Shown here in pieces: positions 1 to 11,950 of a stretch of 64,000 bases of DNA (within the stretch, counting starts at the first letter, position 1; every line of letters begins with the position of its first letter). The translations under genes were made by a program, and so were the position numbers. The DNA is from Octopus vulgaris (taxonomy: Eukaryota): positions 51,646,001-51,710,000 of the forward strand of contig OX597823.1 of NCBI GenBank assembly GCA_951406725.2, in the 5' to 3' direction. The notes below the pieces were generated by a model. The model ran no database searches. It was not told the DNA's origin and worked only from the letters and a program-made list of their open reading frames with translations.

Positions 1-45
1 TCAATTGAGGTAAATTGAAAGCCCTAACAACATTAATGAAATGGA

Positions 46-130
<85 letters not shown>

Positions 131-134
<4 letters not shown>

Positions 135-487
135 GATAAATCTCAGAGCGAGTTATAAACAGTAGCGGTAACACATCGTGACGCATATTTGCCATTTGAA
201 TATGGCTAACCCCTAAGGGTGGATGCTACTGTAGTTTGTAGTCCCAGGAAGATACCTCCTCTAGCTGGCTATGATTGTCACACGCCGATGATAGGTAAAT
301 ACCTTGAAACTCGAGTCCGTGTGTGTCATAAGTTGAAGACGCGAAGGATGACTTCCCTTCACAAATACTAATAGGGCACAGAAAGTGTGTCTATAGCCAG
401 CTGGAGGAGGTATCTTCCTGGGGCTACAAACTACAGTAGCATCCACCCTTAGGGGTTAGCCATATTCAAATGGCAAATATGCGTCAC
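131..487 (+). mobile_element. Non-autonomous Penelope-like/retrozyme-like element (family P1): inverted partial copy plus forward HHR-bearing copy, in (TA)n
   Basis: 178-272 is the near-perfect reverse complement of 393-487. An HHR lies between the arms and (TA)n flanks both ends. It shares motifs (tagccatattcaa-tggc, ccttgaaac..gtccgtgtgtg) with 42717-43565. Confidence 0.75.
279..323 (+). ncRNA. Minimal type I hammerhead ribozyme motif (core CCGAUGA, U4C variant)
   Basis: cacacg-CCGATGA-t-aggt-aaat-acct-t-GAAA-ctcgag-TC-cgtgtg. Stem I is cacacg/cgtgtg, stem II aggt/acct, stem III the palindrome ACTCGAGT, and the GUC cleavage triplet ends at 317. Confidence 0.75.
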
Positions 488-509
488 TATATATATATAT
501 ATATAATAA

Positions 510-670
510 TACAATGCACATTTAAACAATGTGGTAAAACTGTGCAAAAAGTAGTACTTGAATGCACAAAAGGTAGAGTAATATACTTTTCATTAACCTG
601 CAAAATCATCACACGACCGTTACTCAGAGTTTCACGTTCCCATTCGTCGAACACTTGTAATGAAAACTGA
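510..670 (-). mobile_element. PLE-like short element (family P2) with decayed HHR at ~616-655
   Basis: Minus strand reads agtgt-TCGACGA-atgggaacgt-GAAA-ctctgag-TA-acggt. The flanking sequence (agtagtacttgaat..aggtagagtaatat) resembles 22915-23140. Confidence 0.6.
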
Positions 671-744
671 ATTAAGATTGTAGTTGTGCGCGTGTGTGTG
701 TGCGTGCGTGCATGCGTGCATGGGCGCGTGTATGCGTGAGTATA

Positions 745-1822
745 ACTTATATAATTTAGATATGTTTCGACCAAAGATTGGTCCAGACATTATCTAACTT
801 AATAGCACCACCTGATAGGATTAGCCAAATCCTTTTTAAGTCAAGATTTGTGGTATCATGGTCCATTCGGGTACGGGGTTCTTGAGTGAGCTGCATCCAG
901 GTATAGTTGGTTTATCTGGTATTCCTCAAAGAAATTTGTCTAGATTCCGTTTAAAGTTAATGGGATCATTTTCCTCTTTGATCTGTTTCGGGACAATGTT
1001 AAATAGGGCATGGCCTGTTGAGGAACAGAAACTGTGTTGCAGCGTATTTATGTGTTGTGCGTATTTATTGGGTAGGGAATGTATGGCCCGTGGTCTTAGC
1101 CTTGGATGAATTCTGACCCTAATATTGAGGTCATTTGGGCAATGCTGGTAGTATATTCCCCACGCCGTGCAAATGATGTACCTCTCACGGCGGCGCTGGA
1201 GAGAACAGAATTTCAATGCTTTAAGGCGGTCCCATAAATTTAGAACAGTCATGCCCTTAATTCTTTTGGTGAATGCCCTCTGGGGTGATTCGATTTTCGA
1301 ATTTTTTTTTCTTTTTGTCTGGCGGGGATCACAGGGAACAGCAGTATTCGAGGTGTATCCGTACAAAGGAGAAGAAAATAGGAATAATGATATCTTGTTC
1401 TCTGGACCGAAGATTCTTAGGATCCAGGAGCTCATCCTATGAGCTATATCGACCTTATTGTTGATGTGGGCACGCCAGCTGATATTGTTGTCAACACTTG
1501 CTCCTAGGTCTCTCATATTATTAGATGCTGCGACTGGTTCCCTTAAAAGAAGAGAGTATGGCTGATTTAGCATAGTCTTTCTTCCAAAATGCATCAGCTC
1601 AAATGTTCTCTCGTTTAGTTGCTTTTTGTCTTCGTTTGCCCATTGACTTACAGCATATACGTCAGACTGGTGTTCAGTTCGGTCTTCTTCTTCATTGATA
1701 AATTTCTAGAGCTTGGAGTCATCAGCGAATATTTTCATTTTGCTGTGTTTTATGACGCTGAAAAGGTCGTTTATATAGACTATAAACAGACGCGGGCCCA
1801 AGACAGTCCCCTGAGGGACTGC
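745..1822 (-). mobile_element. 5'-truncated CR1/L2-group LINE, reverse-transcriptase C-terminal half (pseudogenised)
   Basis: Minus-strand translation gives VPQGTVLGPRLFIVYINDL...IFADDSKL*, then MHFGRK..RDLG..LQRRRERYII (ORF 926-1594). Stops and frameshifts are present. Confidence 0.9.
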
Positions 1823-2769
1823 ATTTGTGTATGTATATATGTATGTCTATATATATATATATATAATTATAAATGAGGGTGAAAAATCGATATTAATTTA
1901 ATAATACCGTCAAATTAACACCAAGTGGCTTTATTATTATTATTATTATTATTATTTCCATTTCATTAATGTTGTTAGGGCTTTCAATTTACCTCAATTG
2001 ATCAATAGCTCAATTAAGTAAACCTATCTATAATGACAACTGGAAACAACTGTAAGCCAAATTTGCCCTAACAAAGGAATAATATGTAACGACCATTGTT
2101 TTAACTTGCGTATTATATTTGTGTGTGTGTGTATGTACATATGTTCATGTATGTATGTGTATGTGTGAGTGCGTGTGTTCGTGTGTGCGTGTGAAAAATA
2201 ATTAGCAATAGAATGTACTATCGATAACTTAACCGTACATAGGGATATGTTTTTATTTAATTTATATATAATTTGTCTTAAGAGTCTCTGTGTGCGTAAT
2301 AATAGTTTGTTCAGTACAGGATAAGGCGTTTTGTCATATTTCTAAATCTTCAAATTTTAAACTTCGTGGAATTTGCAGGATAATTCTCTAACATATTTCT
2401 TTTCCAAGGCCATTACTCGTTTGGTCACCAAGGTTAAGAAACACCTGAGAGCAATAGAACTTTTACAGAAAGTAGAAAATCTAACGTTAAACTTTTCAGT
2501 TATTAGATTTATATTTTTATTCATTTTATTTATCTATTTATTCATTTGTTTTATTTATTTTTGTTCAAGAATTCGAATCCTACTAATGTTGATGCTTTCC
2601 CTTCCATCAACCCCTCTGTCTAGTAGCGATGCTAGATCCCAATGCTAAATCTTTGCTCTACAGCAGTTTTCAAGCTATCGCTGCATGTAAAGCTAAGCGT
2701 CCATAATAACTTTTACATTATATTTTGTGATTATCCTACGGAAATTTCAAAGCTTTCCAGTCTTCATTA

Positions 2770-3380
2770 CTTTATAATATAGCCTAATGGATAAAGTATT
2801 TGACTGCATGCTTGAGGGTCATGAATTCAGATATACCTCTAACATCAGTTGATACTTTTATTTTACAGTTTCTTCATACATCTAGCCGTCGGGAATTGCT
2901 ATCAGATCATTTAGGAATATTACATTCAGATAGAATTAGCCAGTAATTTGACGGTATTATTAAATTAATATCGATTTTTCACCCTCATTTATAATTTTAT
3001 AAATTTAACTACGCGGCAGTCAATATTTTATTTGATGCGGCATACGTTTCCAATGGAGTCTGGGCATGTTTTTGGCGCGGAATTTGAGACATAACTAAAA
3101 ATGTAATTGGTTGGACCGCTCGTGTTTTTGACGCCCGAATCGATCTAATTAATTGCATTTCTGACAAACTCTACCGAAGATTTATGGATGCAAATGTAAG
3201 TAAAACTACATATTGCATTAGTAATGAAACAATTGTATAGAGTCAATCTATTTTATTCGTTGTATTTCACTTTCCTTCGGTTAAATGTGTGTTGATTCTA
3301 GTTGGAAACGGATTTTCTGTGGTTGCTTCGGAGCTATTTTTAGCACTAGAGTTATCCACATAGTGGATAACTCTCTAATA
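2770..3380 (+). mobile_element. Short element (family P3) with tRNA-like A-box, HHR and terminal hairpin
   Basis: A-box-like TAGCCTAATGG at 2780-2790 and HHR at 3168-3243. A perfect 12-bp hairpin agagttatccac-ata-gtggataactct at 3348-3374 precedes (TA)n. 2944-2996 is a perfect inverted copy of 1865-1917. Confidence 0.5.
3168..3243 (+). ncRNA. Type I hammerhead ribozyme motif with long stem II (core CCGAAGA)
   Basis: actcta-CCGAAGA-[45-nt hairpin incl. atgcaa-atgta..tacat-a-ttgcat]-GAAA-caattg-TA-tagagt. Stem I is 6 bp perfect, stem III the palindrome ACAATTGT, and the triplet is GUA. Confidence 0.75.
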
Positions 3381-3383
3381 ATT

Positions 3384-3384
<1 letters not shown>

Positions 3385-3434
<50 letters not shown>

Positions 3435-3445
3435 TTATGTATATT

Positions 3446-3514
<69 letters not shown>

Positions 3515-3551
3515 CTCTCTATATACACACACACACACACACACAAAAAAC

Positions 3552-3585
<34 letters not shown>

Positions 3586-3962
3586 ATACACACACATATA
3601 TATATTTATGTTAACATGCATACAAAAAAGCACACATACATACTCATACACATACGCATATACTTAAATGGATACGAAAACAACTTCAGTCATATATTAA
3701 AGTGTAAATACCAGCAGTGTGTATGTATGTATGTATGTATGTATATATATATACACACACAAATAGAAATATCCACAGACATACATGCATATATGCATAT
3801 TTACATACATACATAATACATACATACATGCATACATACATACATACATACATGTATGCATGCATACATACATGCATGCATACATGCATACATACATACA
3901 TACATACATACATACATACATACATACATACATACATACATACATACATACATACATACATA
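3385..3962. repeat. (TA)n/(CA)n/(CATA)n microsatellite cluster
   Basis: Directly visible. Confidence 0.95.
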
Positions 3963-4347
3963 GATGTAAGTTCAAGGATGCAAGACCACTCTTAAATAAA
4001 TACCTACAACTGTACCTGCTACATAATCTAGCAGCATGGCATAAGAAAGATAAAAAAGAAGTATAAACATCTCCGCGGTAGCAAAAGCAATTGAAAACAT
4101 TTAGAAAGTCTTTCAACACAATTTTATCGAGACTGCCGCGAACTATGGGAAATCGTTTTTATCTTTAGTTGTCACATAAATAAATCGATTCAAATGAAAG
4201 ATCTCGCTTGGCTCCCAATGGCGGAAATAAAAACATGCTGCTGACAGTGAAGTTACAAAACGATAGACATATATCTTCTACTGATGTAGTAAAACTACAA
4301 AGATGAGCATGACCAGCATGCAATTTATGTATTAGAGCTGATTATAT

Positions 4348-4615
4348 TGCTGTTGTCGTTGTCGTTGTCGTTGTCGTCGTCGTCGTCGTTGTTGTTGTTG
4401 TTGATGTTGTTGTTGTTTTTGTTGTTGTTGTTGTTGTTGTCGAAGTACAAGTTTTTGGAAACAGTTACATATACCGACTTACGCGCACAGACATCAACGA
4501 ACGCACGAAAACACATATTACGCAGGGTATATACATACATAAATGTATTTATACATTTATACATACATGATACATACAGGCACACTTACATATGTACATA
4601 CACACATATATACTC

Positions 4616-4684
<69 letters not shown>

Positions 4685-4716
4685 TCGCGTGCCCGCACAC
4701 ATACACACACACACAC

Positions 4717-4760
<44 letters not shown>

Positions 4761-4780
4761 ATATATATATATATATATAA
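4348..4780. repeat. (GTC/GTT)n and (TA)n microsatellites
   Basis: Directly visible at ~4348-4441 and ~4620-4780. Confidence 0.95.
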
Positions 4781-5031
4781 CTGCATCATGGTACTGTCAT
4801 AGTAGTTATATCAGATACACGCGTTTACCGCTCTATTCAGTTTTCTTTTATTTGCAATAATATCGTATATTTTTACAGTTACTTACTTAATAGTATATCA
4901 TTGTATTACAAAATAAAACGAAACTAAACTGACGATTAGTGAATATGTAGGAAGTCATTTTTATGACTCTCGTGACTTTATCTTGATTCAACTATTTCAG
5001 GTCAATTCATTTGAAAAAAATACATATTTGG

Positions 5032-5032
<1 letters not shown>

Positions 5033-5086
<54 letters not shown>

Positions 5087-5087
5087 G

Positions 5088-5144
<57 letters not shown>

Positions 5145-5185
5145 TGATGATGATGATGATGATAATAATGATAATAGTAGTAGTT

Positions 5186-5243
<58 letters not shown>

Positions 5244-5283
5244 CAACAACAACAATAATAATAATAATAATAGCAACAATATA
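5033..5283. repeat. Compound trinucleotide microsatellite (AAT)(GAT)(AGT)(AAC)
   Basis: Directly visible. Confidence 0.95.
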
Positions 5284-5284
5284 A

Positions 5285-5469
5285 TCCTTTCTACTAATGG
5301 GCACAAGGCCTGAAATTTGGTGGGATGGGATTAGGCGATTATATGGATCCCAGTGTTTCACTGGTGCTTAATTTATCGACCCCGAAAGGATGAAAGGTAA
5401 AGTCGACCTCTTCGGATTTTGAACTCCCAATGTAACGGCAGACGATATACTGCTAAGCATTTCGCCCGG
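5285..5469 (-). mobile_element. SINE family C (Nin/Deu-domain-like), head truncated by adjacent LINE
   Basis: Reverse complement of cctttcatcctttcggggtcgataaa-ttaagcaccag, shared with many copies in the window. Confidence 0.8.
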
Positions 5470-6312
5470 TGACGTCCTTCGCGTACACCAAAACTGCCCT
5501 TCCGTGTCGCAGTGCGAAAGGGAAGCCCCTTAACTGTTCCAGCTTCCGCAGCAGTGGCTCGTGTACCAATACGTACAGAAAAGGCGACAGCGGGCAGTCC
5601 TGATGTGGTTCGAGCGTGCGATGCTAAGCAGCTCCGATAGTCGGCCCTTTTCTTTGACCACTGAGCAGACCATCCAAACCGGGGGATTCGCGACTTGTGC
5701 AATCGTTCATCACATTCCGAATTTCAGCAGCTGTTATCGACTTTTCACGCAACTTCGCGGCGTCAGCGGCTGGTTCCTCAAACATCCACACGAAGCGCCG
5801 CTAGAAAGCCGCACACATCTGTTCGGAAACGAGTAGCATGCGCCCGTCCCGATCTGTCAAAGACCTGGTTGTAATTTTGCTTTACGTCGCGTCTTCATTG
5901 GAGAGCTTTAGTTATTTCGTGTTTGAGCGCACGGGTCTTAGCTCTGACAACGCAACCTTCGGGTTTAGCTTCGAAGAAATGGTCAAGGACTATTCTCGCC
6001 GCTAAATACATCGGTCTTGATGACCTTACTAATCATCTCTTTTAATTTGATAACTAGTTTGTCCTCTAATCTATTCCTTTCTATCGCTAACTTTTTGCTA
6101 AACGCTATCAACTTTGCACTAATCACCCTCTTTAGGGCGATCCACCACCAGTTGTTGACGATTGCCTCTGTCAACTGCCGTTTAACTCGCTCATTAATCC
6201 GCTCCCTATAGTCTTTGTGTGCCGGAAAGGACGCGTTTAACTTCCATTAACCGGATCCCTATCTACGGGTCCTATCTAATTCGACTGTGCAGATCACTAA
6301 CTGGTGGTCTGT
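5470..6312 (-). mobile_element. Tx1/L1-clade LINE ORF2 fragment with large internal deletion
   Basis: Minus strand gives TDHQLV..GSG*WKLNASF (end of APE domain and linker) at ~6310-6230. The RT motif QDCPLSPFLYVLVHEPLLRKL is at ~5603-5540 and a degraded YAxDVT at ~5485. Confidence 0.85.
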
Positions 6313-6453
6313 AATAACGAAGAAGAGACACGTTGGATAAAGAATCGCTGAAGAGGTTGCAAGATGTGTGACGAAAGAGCTGTGTAAAGAAACAACTACA
6401 AAAACAACAGCAGCAACAATAACAACAACAACAGCAATAGTAGTAGTAGTAAT

Positions 6454-6841
6454 GTGGAGGCGCAATGGCCCAGTGGTTAGGGCAGTGGACTCGCGGTCAT
6501 AGGATCGCGGTTTCAATTCCCAGACCGGGCGTTGTGAGTGTTTATTGAGCGAAAACACCTAAAGCTCCACGAGGCTCCGGCAGGGGATGGTGGTGATCCC
6601 TGCTGTACGCTTTCACCACAACTTTCTCTCACTCTTACTTCCTGTTTCTGTTGTACTTGTATTTCAACAGGCCGGCCTTGTCACTCTCTGTGTCACGCTG
6701 AATATCCCCGAGAACTACGTTAAGGATACACGTGTCTGTGGAGTGCTCAGCCACTTACACGTTAATTTCACGAGAAGGCTGTTCCGTTGATTCGGATCAA
6801 CCGGAACCCTCGTCGTCGTAACCGACGGAGTGCTTCCATCC
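6454..6841 (+). mobile_element. tRNA-derived SINE family A, full length
   Basis: Head ggaggcgcaatggcccagtggttagggc..ggtttcaattccc (A and B boxes). A near-identical inverted copy lies at 10101-10460. Confidence 0.9.
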
Positions 6842-6860
6842 AGTAGTAGTAGTAGTAGTA

Positions 6861-6920
<60 letters not shown>

Positions 6921-7645
6921 TAATGACCAAACATATAGTGCATGTGTTTTATTAGCAATTTATTAGCAAATATGACCATCTCCAAGTATAACAATATTTG
7001 CTTCAAAACATGGTTTCACACCAAGGATCTTGCAATATCAATTACATAAACGTATGTATGCGCATATATGTGGGGGGAGAAGTCTTGTAGAATATCATAA
7101 TTATTGTAATTTGATGTTTGATTTTGATTGCTGTGATTTAATTGCTACTGGTGTTCTTTGTCTCATTTTCCTTGAGATTTGATTTACAATTGATGTATTG
7201 AGAAGTTATGAGATTATTTGTGTTATATAATAAACTTTAGAGCACGAAACTAAATGACTAGCAATATTGAGTTACTTCTATTTTTATTATGAAGCCCTGA
7301 CTTGATCACAACATTAAAGATCCTCAGTTTCAGAGATGTCTGAGAGAGGGAATAAATCGACGCTATATCAGAACTAAATTTTACAGTGGGAAGAATTGGA
7401 ACTCCGGATAGCAACTAAATGGATCTTTTGTAAACTTCCTAGACCCTTGCTGATTACAACAGTGAAGACACACACTTACATCACAGCCTCAGGACTCTCT
7501 CAAAGTTTGGTGAACTAGTTTGCGAATAAAATTATTGTTTTGACTATGGTTTCAGTACAGTGTCGATAGTAGAATACGAACTACTGACGTCTTGGTTGAT
7601 TGTAAGATATCCGTTTAACTGGGTGATTTGCATGCAGTCTATAAC

Positions 7646-7879
7646 TATTTCTTTACTACCCACAAGGGGCTAAACACAGAGGGGACAAACAAGGACAGAC
7701 AAACGGATTAAGTCGATTATATCGACCCCAGTGCATAACTGGTACTTATTTAATCGACCCCGAAAGGATGAAAGGCAAAGTTGACCTCGGCGGAATTTGA
7801 ACTCAGAACGTAGGGGCAGACAAAATACTGCTAAGCATTTCGCCCGGCGTGCTAACGATTCTGCCAGCTCGCCGCCTTT
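7646..7879 (-). mobile_element. SINE family C, full length
   Basis: Ends in gccagctcgccgcctt (reverse complement of the head) and is flanked by the direct repeat gcagtctataac. Confidence 0.9.
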
Positions 7880-7899
7880 ATAACGCAGTCTATAACGAT

Positions 7900-8220
7900 A
7901 AACGTCGCCCTTTTCAAGCCTAGCCAGGCTTATGGGCCCGGTTTCCCGGTTTCTGTGGCGCATGTGTTCCCCCTAGTAGGACGGGACGCCAGTTCATCGC
8001 GGCATTACTCAAGAAACTGGAAAAGAGAATGAGAGAAAGTTGTGGTGAAAGAGTACAACAGGGGTCGCCACCACCACCCTGCCGGAGCCTCGTGGAGCTT
8101 TTAGGTGTTTTCACTCAATAAACTTGCACAAGTTTATTGAGTGAAATAAACTGGGAATCGAAACCGCGATCCTTCGACCGTGAGACCGCTGCCCTAACCA
8201 TTGGACCATTGCGCTTCCAC
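7900..8220 (-). mobile_element. SINE with family A head and different 3' tail
   Basis: Head reverse complement ccattgcgcttccac. The tail cgcccttttcaagcctagccaggc differs from 6454-6841. Flanked by gcagtctataa. Confidence 0.85.
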
Positions 8221-9209
8221 ATGCAGTCTATAAACATGCGTTAAACTCAACATAATTTACTCTTATCTCAAATATCTGAACTAGTGACGTGACAAACAAA
8301 CGACACACAAGATACTTATTTCTATTCTATGTTTATTTACAGTCTTGTGAAATGGCTAAGATAATATATAAAGCGGGACAAAGGATAAGGTTATAACAGA
8401 AATTGATGAAATGAATCAAAGAAATTATACAGATTCGTAGTTCGTTCATAATTTATTCAAGAAAATATCGTGTATGACACAGTAAGGAACTATTTTTTTT
8501 TTCATTTACTTACCAGTTCTTTCATTCGTTTTATCAATGTGATGCACGTCGAAAGTGTTAACAAACACTTACTCCTGAGAGACACAACTGTTTTGATTTT
8601 AGTAGACGCCATCTATAATTGATTGATTGCTTTTCGTTTAAATTGACCATAACGCGTCTATATACTTACCTAGAGAGATGGAGCTAGCTACAACAGGAGA
8701 ATACAAAGGTGAGACAACCAAATAATTGGCCGAGTTTCCCACTGGGATGAACAAGATAGAGATAAAATGCGTCTAAAACAAGCTACATTTAAAAACAAAA
8801 CCAAGAAAGAAAACAGGATTCCTACTAATTTCTAAAGAATAAATGCTGTTAAGATTATTAAAACTAAATGGATTTTAAAGGGAAAATATGTAGTGAAGCA
8901 CCGACTCTGAAGACTGAATTTGAAATCATAATGATTTTCTGAACACTTTTCATTTCTTATATCAACAAATAACCATTCTTTTACAATCGCTTAATAACAC
9001 TTTCATTATTCTTTTCTATTCTAGGCACAAGACCCGAAATTTTGGGGGAGTTGGGGGGTAGTCGCCTTATAACACTCAATATTACTTCAGTAAGTATGGT
9101 GAATGAAATTCTTTGTCGTTCACATTAGAAAAAAAAAATATATATATATATATATATGTCTGATACTTTTTCACATACTTACTGTAGAAAATGATAATAA
9201 GTTCGGAGA

Positions 9210-9880
9210 ATAGGTTAAGTTGATTACATCGACCCCAGTGTTCGACTGGTACTTATTTTATCGAACCCGAAGGTATAAATGATAAAGTCACTCCCGGTGG
9301 AATTCGAAATCAGAACGTAAAGACGGACGAAATGCCGCTAATCATTTTACTCTGCGTGCTAGCAATTCAACCAGCTCGCCACCTTGGATTCACTATTAAT
9401 GTTAATTAACAATAAAGGCGGCGAGCTGGCAGAAACGTTAGCACGCCGGGCGAAATGCTTAGCGGTACGTCTGACTTTACGTTCTGAGTTCAAATTTCGC
9501 CGAGATCGACTTTGCCTTTCATCCTTTCGGGGTCGATTAAATAAGTACTAGTTACGACTTGGGTCGATATAATCGACTTAATCCGTTTGTCTGTCCTTGT
9601 TTGTCCTCTTTGTGTTTAGCCCCTTGTGGGTAGTAAAGAAATAGGTATTTTGTCTGACTTTACTTCTGAGTTCAAATTCCGCCGAGGTCGACTTTACCTC
9701 AGAACGACTTTGCGTTCTGAGGTCGATGTAATCGATTGTCTCCCAACACCAAATGTTAAGCCTTGTGCCTATAACAGAAAGAATAAAATAAGTACCAGAT
9801 GAATGCTGGGGTCGATGTAATCGACTTAAGCCCTCCTCCTAATATGCTGGCCTTGTGCCAAAATTTAAATTGATATTAAT
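9210..9880. mobile_element. Head-to-head SINE family C pair (9210-9385 minus; 9415-~9880 plus with duplicated 3' parts)
   Basis: ccagctcgcaccttg at ~9371-9386 and aaggcggcgagctggcag at ~9415. Confidence 0.85.
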
Positions 9881-10100
9881 TAACAAAATGAATGAAGTGA
9901 CTTAAAGTAATAATTGCAAAAGCATTGCAGATTCAACTTGTTGAGGAATTAAACGTCTCTACAAGACATTTAATCCGGTGTTTGACATTTTTGTCACCAC
10001 TCAGATTTAATAATTGCAACGACAACAGTTACAAAAAAGAAAAATAATTTAATAACAATTTTTGCTGTAGGTACAAGGCCAGTAAGATTGGGAGGAGGTG

Positions 10101-10460
10101 TGGAAGCAATCCGTCGGTTACGACGATGAGGGTTCCGGTTGATCCCAATCAACGGAACAGCCTGCTCGTGAAATTAACGTGTAAGTGGCTGAGCACTCCA
10201 CAGACACGTGTACCCTTAACGTAGTTCTCGGGGATATTCAGCGTGACACAGAGAGGTACAACAGAAACAGGAAGTAAGAGCGAGAGAAAGTTGTGGTGAG
10301 AGAGTACAGCTGGGATCACCACCATCCCCTGCCGGAGCCTCGTGGAGCTTTTAGGTGTTTTCGCTCAATAAACACTCACAACGCCCGGTCTGGGAATCGA
10401 AACCGCGATCCTATGACCGCGAGTCCGCTGCCCTAACCACTGGACCATTGCGCCTCCACT
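10101..10460 (-). mobile_element. SINE family A, nested in an older family C copy
   Basis: Reverse complement of 6454-6841. TSD ttgggagg(a/c)ggt at 10088-10099 and 10461-10472. Confidence 0.9.
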
Positions 10461-10962
10461 TGGGAGGCGGTAGGTAACTCGATACCATCAACCCAACACA
10501 TGACTGATGTTTTATGTTGTCTACTCTGAAGGAATAAAAGGCAAAATTGATCTTGGCAAGATTTGATTTCAGAACATAAAGAACCTAGAAAAATATCACA
10601 AGACAGTTTTTGAATGTTGTAACTGTCCATCTCTCTAATAATATTTTCTGCTTAGGAATACAGTTAGAAATAATAGAAGGAATAGATGGTAATATCGACC
10701 CACTGGTTAGTCTACATCATTCCGTAAGGGGCATAGGGGCGGTTTCCCGGTTTCTCTGGTATATATAGTCCTCTCTAGAAGGGAGGCAGGTCCGTCATAG
10801 GATTGTTCAAGTTTACCAGCTGAGTGGGTTGAAGCAACGGGAAATGAGAGTTCCAGGAATCGAAACCACAATCTTACTATCATGAGTCCAACATCCTAAT
10901 CACTGAGCCGTGCGCCTCCGCCTGCCCACTACTTGTATTTTATTCTATCGATACCCGAAGAA

Positions 10963-11800
10963 TTAAAGCAAAGTTGGAATTTGCACCCACTTAACTGACG
11001 TATTTTCACGTAACGCAACTGGGATGCATTTTCGTACCATCATTAGGCTCTCCGGTACTCTAAAAGTGTTGGGAGTGCAGATCACCCCCTCTTTTTCAAT
11101 GTTCTCGTTTTGTGCTACGAGGGCCATCAGCTTTTCATTGGGTTTCCTCACTAGCACGAAGTTCTGCTGCTGTGCGGATGGTTATTGTTGTTGTAGTAAC
11201 ATTTTACTTTTTTAAAGTTTGTTGTGTTTTTCATTCTGTTGTTGGTGTTTGCGATTGTGGTGCTTGTAGTGTTGTCATCAGTGTACTAGTGTTTGCCGTT
11301 TCTTGGATTTCTCTCTTTTTTCTGTGTCTCTTTCTTGGATTTTTGCCTTTTGTGCTTCCCCCTTATCATCACTTGGATGCGTGGAGGAGTCTGTGTCTGG
11401 TGGTGTTGTTCTTCTGGTTCTCATGTTGTTGTTGAAGTTGCTCCTACTACTGTAGCTTCCACCACTGCTGCTACTGCTACTCCAATTGCCACCTTTATTG
11501 TAACACCTGCCTGTTTCGTCTCCTTGGGTTTGTTTCTATTCCCCTGCCTTTCTGGTGTTGTTTTTCCTGTTCTTGTTGTTTTTGTCGATTCATGAGTTGT
11601 GGTGCTTTCCTTTGGACATCTCTTTCTGCTCTTCTGTTCTGGCTCTGTGGGCAGTGAAACCGTAAGTGACTCGTTGAACCACAATCGTGGCCCCTAGGCT
11701 TTATGTTCTCCACGTTCACCCTTAGTTCTTTTCCATTCGAGAGGGAAATCCGGTCTGGGACTTTCTCAGAACGTCACTAAGCATTTTATCCGATGCAGTA
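10963..11800 (-). mobile_element. Decayed gag-like ORF1 of a non-LTR retrotransposon (zinc knuckle plus low-complexity tail)
   Basis: NVENIKPRGHDCGSTSHLRFHCPQ is a degenerate CX2CX4HX4C knuckle (first Cys lost), followed by frameshifted T/K/Q-rich ORFs. Confidence 0.55.
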
Positions 11801-11845
11801 ACGTTTGTAATAACAATGATGGTGCTGCTACTGCAACTGCTGCTT

Positions 11846-11897
<52 letters not shown>

Positions 11898-11950
11898 CGA
11901 CGATGATGATGATGATGACGATGATGATGATGATGATGATGATAATGATG
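11846..11950. repeat. (GAT)n microsatellite
   Basis: Directly visible. Confidence 0.95.

Noticed and set aside
3285-5361. Many ORFs of YIYI/MYVC/HTYI/poly-N/I/L type here and throughout the window
   Set aside because: They are translations of (TA)n, (CATA)n, (CA)n and trinucleotide microsatellites.
6454-6530. tRNA-like sequences (also at 14572, 23177, 44674 etc.)
   Set aside because: They are SINE heads continuing into shared SINE bodies, with no complete cloverleaf.
8678-8714. Plus-strand mini exon ATG-ELATTGEYK|gtgaga
   Set aside because: No supporting downstream plus-strand exons were found, and it overlaps a minus-strand candidate.
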